Source: Octopus sinensis
Taxonomy: Eukaryota
DNA: 64,000 bases
Assembly: GCF_006345805.1 (NCBI RefSeq)
Contig: NC_043010.1
Coordinates: 40,796,001 to 40,860,000 of the forward strand
Direction: 5' to 3'
Shown: in pieces, positions 1 to 14,407 of the stretch
Numbering within the stretch: position 1 is the first letter of the stretch
Layout of the letters: each line of letters begins with the position of its first letter
Program-made: the position numbers and the translations under genes
The notes under the pieces: model-generated
Databases searched by the model: none
The model's input: only the letters and a program-made list of their open reading frames with translations
What the model was told of the DNA's origin: nothing

Positions 1-655
1 ACCGGGCGTTGCGTTGTATGCCATAAGCAGAACATTATATTTCACATTACTGCAGTCCACTTAAGTATGAGTTCCAGCAAGTTCAGCTGCGATAACACTG
101 GGTCTCGTTCAGGGGAATGGAGTGGGGGGTGGGGAGTATGTTGTAATCTCAGTCACTTATAGGCAATGGAAGAAAGGTTAAGCTCTGGTCTTGTTGAATC
201 CATGAATTCATTAAAGACCTAAGTATAATTCTAACATAGAAGAAACTCAAAACTGTTTTATTTCATATTGCAAACCTGAGGTATGATTTCCGAATATTCG
301 TTGCGAACTTCACAAATTTCTTTTGTTTCATAAGTAATAACTTCATGACATTCTGATCTGTCCTCACAGCAATGTTTTTCCATGAGGCATTTGGCATTTG
401 TTCCTCAATACATGTTACTAAAAAAAATATAGACAGAAAACGAAAACGGTACCAAAACATGTGTTGCACCTCCTTTGTCACCATTGCAATGAAGCTATGA
501 CGTCTTCAAGGTATATAAATGATCGCGTGAATTTTACTTGATGTTCCGTGCACGAGCCTTTTCAGTCTCTCTTTTGCTTCAGTTTTTTTTAGTGTTGCTG
601 GTCATATTTGGGCTATTATTGCAATCCTTTGATGCTACATCTATGTGCAAGTCTA

Positions 656-691
<36 letters not shown>

Positions 692-1097
692 CAAACACGC
701 GCAACATGCACTCGTACAATGAAACATAAAAAGAAAACTACGCCATTGTTGTGACGCTGGCCAAGTTAGGTAAATAATAATAGGGTGACATTAAAGGCTT
801 TACGGTTACATTTTCACTTAACATCGTTTCGGCTAATGCACATTTTCTGTTTACTTTTGAATCATTTGTTAAATTCTAAAATGTAAGAGGGTTTTTCTTT
901 TGCGCCCTTTTCTTTCCTATAATTGTTTACTTATAGTATCTATAACTGATTTATAGCTCACTAAAAGTAATTTTGTTTATGTCTTCTGCATCTTAAAATA
1001 GATTGTAACTGAAATATCTTCCGCAGAACATAGATCAGAGGTCATTCTAAGATGAAGTCGAAATATTTAGCTTTTTAACCCGGTTTAAGAGCTTTTC

Positions 1098-1860
1098 CTA
1101 AACAGCATTTTCCAACAAACAGATGCTTTCAGTCGGAACACTTTTTTTTCTATACTGAATGCGAGCTTCTTTAGAGATAACCGGATGTAAATGTTCGTCC
1201 ATTGTCAAATCCAATTTTATATTAGTTTCAACAAGACCTAAAACATTTCTATTGTGCGGTGCAGATAATGTGTCTGAAATTCCTCTGAAAGCCAAATTTT
1301 GTTCCGTTAAATACTGATTAATGCTCATTAAATGTTCCAGAACTTTACACCAACACTCTCCGTTCGTTTTCCACACGTGACTGCATCTTCTTATCAATAG
1401 TTTTATTAGTTAGAAATCGCAGTGATGTTTCGAATCACTTCTTAAAACATTCCAGATGATGTACTTAATTTTCATGTGGCTACAAATATTCATGAGCATG
1501 CTTCCAGTCATTAATTCCAGATTTTACCAAATTGACTGGTTTCAGAATCCAAAAGCTTTGCGACGAAACAATAAATTTTATTGGTGTTCTCTGACGAAAT
1601 AAGTCACCTTCTCGGAAATTTTTCACCATTTTAAATGTTCTCATACATCATCGGAACAAAGAATCTATGTATATTTGCAACTTTAGGAAATCTTTTGTTT
1701 GTTAAAAAAAAATGTAGACCCGTCTATAATATAATCAGTTTCCGTTACCGATTCATCTGGTCAGCGTCTTGAAGCATGGTAATTGATATTTCTTGAGAGG
1801 AAATTTTCAACTTTACTTGTAAAATTGCTAGAATTTGTTAAAGTGTCTTTATTGCATTTT
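1098..1860 (-). pseudogene. hAT-superfamily (ZMYM1/TTF-zinc-finger-like) transposase relic
   Basis: ORF 1098-1397 contains YLTEQNLAFRG...HNRNVLGLVE...MDEHL, the hAT xLAFRG/NxGNFLGLxE motif. Upstream degenerate TID..Q...E block; stops and frameshifts. Confidence 0.75.
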
Positions 1861-1922
1861 CAACAATATTGCAAGTGCAGCAGTGTTGTTTCGATTTGAG
1901 CGTACAATTTCCCTTACTAATT

Positions 1923-2293
1923 GTTGGTACTCCGTCGGTTACGACGACGAGGGTTCCAGTTGATCCGATCAACGGAATAGCCTACTCGTGAAATTAACGT
2001 GCAAGTGGCTGAGCACTCCACAGACATGTATACCCATAACGTAGTTCTCGGGGGAGATTCAGCGTGACACAAAGAGTGACAAGGCTGGCCCTTTCAAATA
2101 CAGGTACAGCAGAAACTGAAAGAAAGAGTGAGAGAAAGTTGTGGTGGAAGAGTACAGCAGAGATCGCCACCACCCCCTGCCGGAGCCTCGTTGAGTTTTA
2201 GGTGTTTTCGCTCAATAAACACTCACAACGCCCGGTCTGGGAATCGAAACTGCGAGTCCGCTGCCCTTACCACTGGGCCATTGCGCCTCCACA
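1923..2293 (-). mobile_element. tRNA-derived SINE, family A
   Basis: GGAGGCGCAATGGCCCAGTGG head; body matches other A copies; TSD CTTACTAATT (1913-1922 / 2294-2303). Confidence 0.9.
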
Positions 2294-5200
2294 CTTACTA
2301 ATTAGAATGTACACTATCTTTAATTGGTTAGACTAATAACCGTGAGAGACAGGTGTAGCAGGGTTCGACTTACATTGTGAACTCTGGTAGATTTACCGCT
2401 GTAAGAACTATCCAGCTTTGGGAGCTTTTTGTTTTCTTCATCTTCTTATAATGCGGGTACGAAAATAATTTACAATTGGATTATTGGTTCACTTCCTTTA
2501 GCTCGGGTGGATGACAAACTTACCAATGAAGAAATAAGTCAACTTATAACCAATGAATAAATGAGTTTGCTCACTTTTCAGAAGAAAGTTGATCAGAATC
2601 GGAGACGATAAGTTTACTCACAACGGTTTAAGTGTCTCAGATTCCTGGTTGTGAGAGAGATTCCCCAGAAAGTTGTGGTTTGTACAACAATGATTCGGTA
2701 AAGGGGAGTAGGTTAAGTATATGAAAGGATTAAGGATGCAGACTATCCAAATGCTATTATTGCCAGGACTTGTTTGATCTAAATGCTGGAATGAGCTCCC
2801 AAAATTTCAACACAAACTAATCCGCTAGCCGAAAAACTGTTTTATATAAATATTTTAGTGAATCTCCCGTGCTATTTAATATCCTTGCTTCATAATTCGT
2901 TTATGGACGAGATGCTCCGTTACAATATTTCTCTTATTTAAAAGTTATTGTTTATGTTGCAGTTACTATATTGATAAGAAAGAATTTGATGCCTCCCTTG
3001 TCAGTGTGCTTAAAAGAAACATTTAGACTGACTTCACACAGTTTGAACTTGCCTAATACAATCATCGACTTTTATGTACGCTTAAGTTAATCAAAATAAC
3101 ACCGGGTGTCGTGGAACAGCGTTTCGTTCATGTAAATTAATTGAGCGAGCATACATCAGTTTTGGAACGGGAAGAAACTTGATATGATAGTCTTCATGCT
3201 GAGAGTGCAACAACGTCTGGTTTTAGTTTAGCACTGGAATGTGTAACCCAACTGAATTAAGGAAAGCAACAAATAGCATAGCAATAAATTATTTCTCTTT
3301 TGCCATAGAAATATCTTTCAGAAATATAATGTAACCATCTAGGAAAACTCTGAGTAACGTCATCACCATTTCTGTTAACTATATAAAATATATACACTTT
3401 GTAATAAATTCTTTTCTTCCTTTATATAACACAACACACATATGGCCTTGCAAAGAAGTGACAAGTGTGTTTTTATTTGAATAATAGTGAAGTTGTAAAC
3501 TAGATATGAATCTTCGGATTAAGATGTATAAATTGTTTACATTTTCTAATTCGTAAAGGGGGACCGTTTAAATTTTTAAAATTGATTATAAAAAGTCGAA
3601 ATGTTAGGAACAGGAATTTTATTAATTAGTCTGCGATCCAAGTGTTTTTTCATAAATAGCTATTACTTTTTCGTAAAGTCATTTAATGAAAAATTTTATT
3701 CATTGTTGATGTTAAACTATTACATACTTCGAATTGTTTTGTTATTAATAATGATCCGAAACCATCTAATTTGCATCCAGTATAAGTCCATACACGCTCA
3801 GTATTTAAAGCTAATTTTCTTAAAATGAATGCATATAATAATAATCTTTTTCCTAATAACTTTCCAAACTCTAAATAGCAAATAACGTTTGAAACATTTT
3901 CAGCAGTTACATCCTTATTCAACCGACTGACTACTGTATATTTTTCCCAACCTGATGAGTGTAAACTGACTTAAACGACAGACAAATAACGCACTTCGTG
4001 AAACGTGAAATAATTCATATTTTAGAAGGTTATGTTGCCTATCTAAAGCAGCTTTGCTTCTGAATCATGACAAAAATGAGCAAACGAACCGAGACAAGTG
4101 ACCAGATCTACCACGACAATATTGAAATAAGAATGCTCCGTCCACAGTCAAATTTTCTCATATTCTGTTAAACAGGTAGGGCCAGCATTCTCAATTCTTT
4201 ACGTTTACTAATAAATTAGTAGTTCAATTCATTTGACCTCATAGGTTACAATCAAAGATACAGCTTCTTTGATTTCATTCACCTCACAACTAACTCTACC
4301 TCTTGATAACCTCTGGAGTTTCGATTCTTTAAAGGGGGTCATAGCCTTTAATGAATCGAAGGTCTTGAAAGTCACACCAAACTGATACATTCTTCTTTAA
4401 TATACACTTCTTGCTGAAAACTGAATGTATTTCTTTATGTCCGAACCAAACGACTCAGTCTCCTCTTCTGGTAACACGTTCACCTACGTAACATTTTAAA
4501 GGTAGATTAACTTTCTTCAAACCATTTTCACATTATGTTATCTAAATGTCATTATTATTTTAAAAGTTCCCATACATTAGACGTTATATACCCCTAAGTA
4601 CGTGGCGCCCAAGGTGGTTCTTGCAGTTGCCTCTATCTACAGCCGACCCCGACAGCAACATTATTTCTTTCAGATATTTGAACCAGTAAAGATGTTCACA
4701 GTACAAAATACATTGAGATGCTAACAAGAAATGTTTTTACAAACACAAGGGTGCATAGCAACATAATTATTTCTCATTAATGGAAGTTTTAATAGATACT
4801 TTTAAATTCAAATACTGGGTACACATAAATATATAGAGAGAAATATTTTCACTGACTCAGATACAAAGCTATATAATTTCTTTCGGTTATTGATGGCTAT
4901 AAAACTTAGTTCCGTAAAATACATTCAGATATTAACCGCATATCTAGTGAATATTTTTCTTTTCATTTTCATTGGTTAACTTGCTGGTTAATATTAAGTA
5001 AATTATTTTTATTTTTATGCGGTGGATTAGAATGGCGAACGCATCAAACGTTGCCCTGTTTGCAAATAATTTATATCTAATCAAAACTAAAATCAATATT
5101 CTGTAGATATCAAGGCAGCCTTTTTTTATATAGATTCTTTAATTTTCTAGCAAACATCGCCATTAATGACCAGTTTGAGATGAGATATAAATTTGCCGAG

Positions 5201-7065
5201 AACGATTCACGATAATTGTCGTGATCAAACTTAAGGGGGTATGCTCACATGACTCTAAAGCAATGCAGCATGACAAATGTTACGCAACACCAACGATCGG
5301 ATCTTAGTGAAAGCGGCGAGTATACGTGAATGTGGATGCGAACACCAAAAGAAAATCTGAACGTCCACTGTAATGATGTCCTGCTTCAAATTAAAATACA
5401 CAGTTCATTAAAATACAATTAACTTTTAATAGATCGTGTGTTCTAGGTTCATTTCGTGCCTCGTTAACTTTGCCTTTCATACTTTCGGGATCGATAATAC
5501 AATGTACCTGTACTGGGGCTGATGGTATCGACGTAACGACTCTTCTCATGATTATTGTCCTCATATCAAATTAAGATAGTACCATAGCGTGTGAGAATCC
5601 ATATCATTTAGAGGTTAATTTTTATTTGAACTCTCTGAAATTATCGTTTTCATGACTTCTTCAAAAATGCTGATATTGTCGCTCAGTATCATCTTAGTTT
5701 TGATCGATCCCTAATCGAAAGTATTGCAGTTGTGATTATCCAGAATTTTATTCAGATATAGTGTATATAGTGCTACATGTTTTCAATGTATCTCCTTTGT
5801 TTTAATTCTTTTCCTACTAACCCGCGCCTCAGACCACTTTTGATTCTACGATACAACTTTCCCGTTTTAAAATGTTCTAAGTTTACAACCATCCATCAAA
5901 ATTTCATGTGCATTTCTGTTTCAAACACTAATTTAATAATGACAAAACTATTTTACTAAGTCCTTCATTATGTTCAGAATCAACTGAAGCGCTGACAATA
6001 TGATTCAACAGAAATATACTAACAAAATATGTAGGACGCTAATGTGTTATTTAGGTTAACTTGGTTGTTATTCCTCTTAAAGCATGCGACCTGATGTAAT
6101 CTCTCCATATTTCTCTCGACATATTTCTCTCTGGAGAAAACAAAGAGAAGCACAACATTTTTTAATGATAATTCCTCTTGTTCGGATCCTAGAATAGCAG
6201 AATCGATTAATCATGGGGTTCAACGCCTCCCATTTACGTTCCTTTGAATATTGAATTCAATTTGCATCGGGGCAAGGTCAAAAATGAAATAAGTTACGAT
6301 GAAGTATCGGAGGTGATATAATCGATTACACTTTCCACCAAAATTTGTGATAACGTGTGTTAATTATTATAAATCTTTTTGAAGAAAATCGTTCACGTTA
6401 ATTAGTTAATTAATTACAGTAGCGATTTTTCAAGATATATTACTATACTGCACCATCAATTAGGCAATAACCGTGTTAAAGCATATCACCATCTTCTGCA
6501 AGCAATGTTTGTGTGTGTACGTACCTATATGATAGATAGAGATTGAGATAGATAGATAGATAGTGCATTAAAAACAGTTACGTTTGATAACTAAATATCC
6601 GACACCTCAAAATCTCGCGCCATGTCTGCGGTAAAGTGTGAAGTACACAACTTTTACTTACGTTTTCTTTGAATAATATTTGGAGTTACTTTCTTCTGTT
6701 TCTCATAACTAAAAATAGACAGCAAAATCTTCCATAAAATCGATAAGGACCGACTATTTATAAACTACTCATTGTGCTTAACACAACATATATTCGGTTG
6801 GTTTTATCTTTATTTAATTACTTTTCCGTTATGGAATAGTCACCATGACGTCTTTGGAGCACTTCCCATACTAGTGGAGATCAGGTCTGGACGTTTTCAA
6901 AAGATTGCACTCTGCTTTAGGAACCCAAGCGCATGTGGTGATGTCAATTCGGACAAAAATCTAAGTCAACCACCCAAGATCTTGGCTATAAAAAGTAAGT
7001 GTAATGGAATAATATTTTAGATTTAAAGATAATGAGGAAATATTTTATAACAATAAGAAAATATT

Positions 7066-7362
7066 TTGTGTCTGGGGAGAGTCGTTCTCTTTTAGTTCCT
7101 TATTTAACAGACTCACGGCTTCGATTTCCACTCACTTATTTTTTTTTCTCAAAATTTTGTTGCTTCTTGCAACCTCCTCGTTGCGTCTTAAAACTAATTC
7201 AGTAGTTGTTGACTCTGAATGGACAGAGTCAACGACTATTGAAGAGGTTGCAAGACGCAATAAAAATTTTAGAAAACATGAATAAATAAATGAGTGGAAA
7301 TCGAACCGGTGAGTGTCTTAAGTAATAAGGCACTAAAAGAGAATGACTCTCCCCAGACACAA
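7066..7362. mobile_element. ~300-bp imperfect palindrome (fold-back element)
   Basis: TTGTGTCTGGGGAGAGTC ... GACTCTCCCCAGACACAA termini, matching inner blocks (GATTTCCACTCA/TGAGTGGAAATC), apex TAGTTGTTGACTCTG-aatgga-CAGAGTCAACGACTA. Confidence 0.8.
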
Positions 7363-8955
7363 TAAAATGTGCTTCAGCACAGGAATTCACATAAAGAATC
7401 TTGCAAACCAAATACAAAAACGACATAAGAAAATAGTTTATGAATATTTCTAAGATTATGAAATGAAAGAGAACGGCGGTTTCGATACTCCTTGCCTATG
7501 GAGATAATATACGATTACTCGAACTAGTTTAGCTAATGGATTTAGAAACCCCAAAATTACAGTTTCGTGTCCGCAAAAATATGAACATCTCTACTAATGT
7601 AAGCCTTAATATAGTATGCTTAAAATAAGATGAACAGACATAGGCGAAACCGGTTTGTTTCATAAGAATGGATCTAGAATTAAGAGCAGACAATGATAAC
7701 TTGAACGAGAAAGAAGCATTACTGAGTGTAGATCTGAAACAAACACTGTATTTGAGAATAAAATGTTTTAGAATACTTTGATCAGAGTTTTTGCTTCAAG
7801 CAGGACTAAGTTGGAGCTAAACAGTAATTTTTTTTTTTGAAGGCGCTAATTGCACAATCCAAACTCGGCGACTAATTAGAAAATTACTATATGTAAATCT
7901 CACAACGAGAGATATTTAGCAGCAGTACTTTGGAGTAAAGGTTGTTTGCCAACATAACATGGCAGTCCTGGTTTAGGATGAAGGTTGCTGTAATTTAGCC
8001 CCAGGAACACCGTCTCCAACTGGCTATACGATACAATCTGTGTCCTTATATTTTCGAACAAGGGAATCTAGCACCACCACTCAACTCAAAACAATATCTG
8101 TGTATCGCGATTCCCGGGTTATTTCCCTTTATCAGCACAGACTAATTGTTCTGAGCTGCCATGTTTTGTGTTGGCAAACAATCTTTACTCGGCGACTGAT
8201 ATTTTCAATTTTTCTAACGTTAGTTTATGGAAAGAATCGAGAAAAAAAGACGTCGAACAAAAATGCCTTGCGGTATATAGTTACGTCCCTTTGCGTTGTG
8301 TGTTCACAATTCAGCCGATATCGATAAAAGCTTCCAACCAGCCGAAACGAAATAAAATGCTGCGCGAGTGACATACTGCTGTAGATGAGATTCACGACAC
8401 CTGCTACTTCAAAAGTTTTTACCTTTCCTTTGGCGATATTGACCAATATAAATACGATATATTCCTTTGTTTGCCAAAATATACAACCATCAATACACAA
8501 TATCAAGACTATCATTAACTGGGTCACTAGATATGTCTGTGTATATGGGAGGGTGTAAACATAGCACCGGCAACCTGTTGAATCATTGTGCAAGTTCAGT
8601 GATTTAAATATTTCGCTTAGGTTAACTAAAACTGTCCTATCTCGTTTAATGTGCGTAAACACACACGCACGCAAACAGATGCATACGACAGGGTGCATAA
8701 ATGTGCTTTCAATGTAATGTGTATGCATGCATATATGTGTGTGCGTAAGCTCAAACAAATTACCTTACAGATATCTACATATCTTACCAATTTTTCAATC
8801 TAGACACCAATTAATGATTTCTCGTATTATCACAACGGACGCAAACTAATGAGAGGAGGCCATTACAAACGATTGTATTGATCGCCCCCACCACCTCCAT
8901 AACCACCCAAATATATTCCCGATACGTACATAAATTATCGAACGCCACCTCCTAT

Positions 8956-8987
<32 letters not shown>

Positions 8988-9499
8988 TCTCCCCTCTATT
9001 CCTTTATATTCCCCAACACCGGAGCTGACGAAAGTGAAAGTAGAACATACAAAGCGAAATTGTCCGCTGCAAGAGACGAAATGAGGTACTTAACTTGACA
9101 CTCAACAATTTCTTCGACTTCTAGGTAAACCTCAATCGTATAAACAAAATCACCAATCGATATCAGAACATAGTATTAATCTTCGCCATCGTCTAATATA
9201 ATAAAAATAAATGTTGAGTTATTCACGCCTAGACTGCTTAGAAAGATTCTGCTCAATAGAAGACATTGCTACAGTGTGTCTGTTGTGAAGTGAAATGTGT
9301 ACTTATTTGCTATTTTATTGTATATAGTAATTAGTGTACTTACAGTGTGTCACTGGTGTGAGTGGTGTGTGCGTGCGGGTGTTCGAGTATGTGGCCAGTG
9401 CAATCACTTGAGCGAGTCTCCAGCGTTTAACACCGTATCGATCGGTCGATTGTGTTGATTCTCGAAAACTTTATCGATCTCTTAATCATTCTGGTACAT

Positions 9500-9640
9500 A
9501 TACATATATATATATATAATATATATATATATATAATATATATATATATATATAATATATATATATATATATTATATATATATATAATATATATATATAT
9601 TATATATATAATATATATATATATATAGATAGATAGATAT
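9500..9640. repeat. Interrupted (TA)n plus (ATAG)n microsatellite
   Basis: Direct reading. Confidence 0.95.
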
Positions 9641-9799
9641 AGGCGCAAATGTGGCTTAGTGGTAGGGAACTTGCTTCCCAGCCACATGATTCCGGGTTCA
9701 GTCCCACTGCGTAGCACCTTGCGCAAGTGTCTTCTATAGCCTCATGCTCACCAAAGATTTTTGAGTGGATTTGGTAGAGGGAAAGTGAAAAGAAGCCGG

Positions 9800-9842
<43 letters not shown>

Positions 9843-10025
9843 CATATTTGTGTGTGTGTGTGATTCTTTTTGTTATGCTCCAATGCTTGACAACTCGTTT
9901 TACGTTCCTGTAGCATAGCATTTCATCAAAAAGATCAGAGTAAGTAACAAGCTTTAAGGTAAAAATACTGAGGTCAATTCATTCGTCTAAAATTCTTCAA
10001 TTCTTCATGGCCACAGTCTTATAAC
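9641..10025 (+). mobile_element. SINE family B (diverged, internal (TA)n)
   Basis: AGGCGCAAATGTGGC..CTTGCTTCCCAGCCACATGATTCCGGGTTCAGTCCCACTGCG head; internal microsatellite; degraded tail. Confidence 0.85.
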
Positions 10026-10159
10026 TGAAATTAGTAAAAAGATATACATATCTTTAGATGGTAGGCGCATATATAGCTATAGGGTCAAAAGATTCACTCC
10101 TCCGTCCTAGATTCGATCCTACGGCATCTTTATTAAGTGGATTATTACAATAGCTTCAG

Positions 10160-10536
10160 GGGAGGCGCAATGGCCCAGTGGTTAGGGCAGCCGACTCGCG
10201 GTCATAAGATCGCGGTTTCGATTCCCAGACCGGGCGTTGTGAGTGTTTATTGAGCGAAAACACCTAAAGCTCCACGAGGCTCCGGCAGGGATGGTGGTGA
10301 TCCCTGCTGTACTCTTTCACCACAACTTTCTCTCACTCTTACTTCCTGTTTCTGTTGTGCCTGTATTTCAAAGGGCCGGCCTTGTCACTCTCTGAATATC
10401 CCCGAGAACTACGTTAAGGGTACACGTGTCTGTGGAGTGTTCAGCCACTTACACGTTAATTTCACGAGCAGGCTGTTCCGTTGATTCGGATCAACCGGAA
10501 CCCTCGTCGTCGTAACCGACGGAGTGCTTCCCATCC
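10160..10536 (+). mobile_element. SINE family A
   Basis: A box TGGCCCAGTGG, B box GGTTTCGATTCC; TSD ACAATAGCTTCAG. Confidence 0.92.
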
Positions 10537-11868
10537 ACAATAGCTTCAGATCAACATTGTTAATATTTGATTCTGCTTGTCACATTCTCTGTGAGAGTGA
10601 TCGCGCGTGCGCACAGTATGTGGTAACGAGCAAGAGAAAAAGTACTCAAGAGATGTATTAGAGTGTTATTAATATCATAACAAACCCATTAACTGTAGTT
10701 TCGGTGCAAGTTGACGCGTCTTCACGGTGCTTTAATGACTAAATAATAAATAGGAGAATCAAAAATTGCAACAACAAAAAAACAACCTGGTGGGCGAGCA
10801 CACACAGTTTTCATTGGTTAATGAAGTTCTCGCGGTACACGTGTAATCAGATTAATAATTCAGCAGGGAACCCTTAACGTAGGAAACAAAAATAATTATT
10901 CACAGAATTTCTTTAAAGAACTGAGGAAAATAAAGTTGATACAATTAATTAAATAAAATGATTTTAAAAAAACAGTGTGTATACACATAGGAAAACGAAC
11001 AAATTCGTTTTAAGACGCTTATGTGTGTGTCGTCTGAAAGGTGAAGTTATTCTCCGCAGATAAATTACAGCTGTGATTAGCAAATTCACGTTCGGTTCTG
11101 CCGGAATGTATTAAGAATGAATGCATACTGTTTATAGTTTTGGTTTGAATTTTCGCTGCTTTTTTTTTTTTTTTCGCGCGCAAAGATTTATTTTCCATTT
11201 GGCAGACATCTGCAAGCATCTGCAATAATTTGCTGATTTCTATAAACAAGAGACAAAGTTCTTGTTGCTTAGAATCATTGACTAGCTTTGATTGAAGAGC
11301 CATAACTAGATGGAAGTGCTTCGTGTTGTCTCACAATTTCATTACCTCGATGAATCGAGTGTGTGATGTGAACACATTGTTTCAAAAGTAAATGTGTATT
11401 CTGAAGACAAATGACAACAATTAGATACTCACTTTCGAATCTTTGCGGAGACCCATGAGAGTGAATACGTACGTTATCATGCGTGTGTGTGTCGATATAT
11501 AGACACGTTGATATATATATATATATAGATATGTAGTGAGTGAGAGAGAGATAATGATGCAAATAAACACGCTTGAGCTTGATGTATAAAATATACATAT
11601 AGACATGTGAATATATATATATATAAACTGGAAATGTTCAGAACATCATGAATATTTAGGTATAAGCATAAAGATATTTATATACTTACAAAACAGATTG
11701 ACATAGAGTACAAAAAATACAGGAAACTAAGAGGAAAGGGCACGGTATTTCAGATCCGACAGCTGTTTCAGTCCTCGTTGACGATTTCGGATTATAAGTT
11801 CAGATCATTAGACCACTACTACGTGTTTTCTACCCTGGGTATCTCTCTGTATCTCATCTGTTGACTCT

Positions 11869-11903
<35 letters not shown>

Positions 11904-12257
11904 CTATCTCCCATGATATATATATTTGTGAATTCGTGTATTTATATATACATGTATATATGTATATGTATGTGTTTGTGTTTGCCCCTGAAAACTAGCA
12001 GATTGGCAAGAGACCGATAAAATAATTACCAGACTTTCAAAAATATGTACTGGGGTCGATTTTTTTTCTACTTAAACCTACAGAGCGGTGCCCCAGCATG
12101 GCCTTAGAACAATGATTGAAACAAAATATAAATTAAAACACTCTTACCATCTGCAAACTTTTACTAGCGCAGGATGCGGTAGAAAAACCAGTGAGAATTT
12201 TTTCTACTGCACTCTGTATTTGTTCTCTTGTAAACGAATACAAATTATGTAACACGA

Positions 12258-12665
12258 GGCGCAATGGCCCAGTGGAGGCGCAATGGCCCAGTGGTTAGGG
12301 CAGCGGACTCGCGCTCATAGGATCGCGGTTTCGATTCCCAGACCGGACGTTGTGAGTGTTTATTGAGCGAAAACACCTAAAGCTCCACGAGGCTCCGGCA
12401 GGGGATGGTGGTGATCCCTGCTGTACTCTTTCACCACAACTTTCTCTCACTCTTACTTCCTGTTTCTGTTGTACCTGTATTTCAAAGGGCCGGCCTTGTC
12501 ACTATCTGTGTCACGCTGAATATCCCCGAGAACTACGTTAAGGGTACACGTGTCTGTGGCGTGCTCAGCCACTTACACGTTAATTTCACGAGCAGGCTGT
12601 TCCGTTGATTCGGATCAACCGGAACCCTCGTCGTCGTAACCGACGGAGTGCTTCCATTCCATTCC
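12258..12665 (+). mobile_element. SINE family A with duplicated 19-nt head
   Basis: Full body, (CCATT)n tail, TSD ATGTAACACGA. Confidence 0.92.
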
Positions 12666-13149
12666 ATGTAACACGACACAATACTACAAGATCGATACTG
12701 GGAAATTTATCCAGTCTTATCAAATAAAATGAAATATAAAGTTTAATAAATTGCTTTTAAAAATATACAAATTTGAATTTAAATATTAAATTCTCTGTGC
12801 GGCCCGTGTGCTCAGCTGCAGTTCTCACGAAGATTGTCGGTGGGTAAATATGTTAACTTAGAAATTTATGAAGAGTCGGGCATTTACACTTTTCCGAATA
12901 AGAACATATATGCATGAGACACTATAGCAAAATATTAAAGGGAGTTTCACAAAAGAAAAATATCTATTAGCGACAGAAGCAGTATTAATACCGTGTGGTG
13001 ATATTTATCCCTACTTAAATGAGGACGTTCTGTTAGAACAAACTTTCTGACAGATACCATGAGAGAAACTTGTTCCGTTTGTGGAGAGATAAATACTCAT
13101 CACCACCAGCACCGAAGCCACCAGATTACATGATTTCGACATTCCTTGG

Positions 13150-13487
13150 TTGAATATCTGAAACCCGCTTCGGTCCCAACACTGACCATGGGATTGCACC
13201 TAGGAAGTTACCCTCCCAGGCACAAATCCGGGCAAGTTGTTTATAGAAGACTAGCATACCATGCATACCGGCTTCCCCTCTCCACGCCACCAGTGTTATC
13301 CAAGGGAAAAGCAAAGGGGCCGATACAGCTTAGCACCTGTGACGTCGCAACTCACTTCTATAGCTGAATGAACTGGAGCAACGTGAAATTGCCTTGCTCA
13401 TGAATACAACACGCAGCCCGGTCCGGGATTCGAGCTCACAACCTCACGGTCGTAAGCTCGACGCTCTAACCGCTGAGCCATGCGCTA
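13150..13487 (-). mobile_element. tRNA/CORE-like SINE, family D
   Basis: Head GCGCATGGCTCAGCGGTTAGAGCG...CTCGAATCCCGG; CORE-like GAGCAAGGCAATTTCACGTTGCTCCAGTTCATTCAGCT; distinct 3' body. Confidence 0.75.
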
Positions 13488-14407
13488 TGCGTTGAATATA
13501 GCATATAGAAAATCTTAGATCGTACTGTTCGAACCTATAGTTTTTTTTTTTTATTTTTGATCGAAGAATAAGCTGCATGTAAAGGGTTCACTCAAGAAAT
13601 CAATGACTACAGGTTGCTTTTGCTTCGAATCCGTTATTTGCCAAGAATGAAGAGGAAGAAGGATTTGATTTACTGTAGTTGTTTCACTGATAAGTGCAGT
13701 TTGAATGACTTATGTCATCAAGTAAGAACGCTATGCATGCTTCTGCATTACTTTCAGTGCAATCCTTATGTGGGTGTTAGTACATTGCTTTGAAATAAAG
13801 TGTGTGCGTGTGTGTGTCTTGCACCAAACATTTGGCAAACAAACGATCAGTTTTTTTTTATTCATAGGAAGTGCAAAGCTATATATACGCACACCATTAC
13901 TAAATATAACGCAAAAAATAAATGGACAGATGATCTGCCAAATAGTTTTTGAAGTTAGTGCAAAAGCAACAAAAACAGAAACCCCCAAAGGAAGGAATTT
14001 GACAAGTGCTGATATTCTGGTAAATCAAATTATTTACGATATTGAACGATATTTAAAAAACTATATTTGTTTTGAAAAAACAAAATGATTTTGTTTATTT
14101 AGAAAGTAAAGTTTGATAATCAATATTTTTTGCTATGATTATCATGTAGATTTTAATTCAATTAACCGTTACTATCAAGATTGTCTAAGACAATATTGCG
14201 GACAGATAGTTACCATCTTTTCTATACACTCGTTAACAAAGATCTAATGCTCTTGACAACCCAAAATGCTTTCATACCATCACTCCATCTGCTAGAAATA
14301 GCAGTTGAACATTTCATTAAATGTTCCCTGTCGTCATTCTATTATATAACAAAAAAGTAGTTACACCATTTCATTTCTTTTTATATTTCAGGTTAACAAT
14401 AATACTT

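Noticed and set aside
3944-4015. Hammerhead candidate CTGATGA-GTGT...GCAC..GAAACGTG
   Set aside because: Five extra nucleotides before GAAA, G at position 17, and no stem I.
4110-4180. piggyBac-like ENLTVD..RGR peptide on minus
   Set aside because: Short match in a stop-riddled frame with no supporting flanking motifs.
10160-10240. tRNA gene calls at SINE heads
   Set aside because: A and B boxes are present, but they continue into shared ~300-bp bodies with TSDs and no convincing cloverleaf.
11745-11815. Hammerhead on minus (GAAAC-AGCT-GTC)
   Set aside because: Only the 3' half is good; the 5' core is CTAATGA and stems I and II do not pair. Counted only as a relic.
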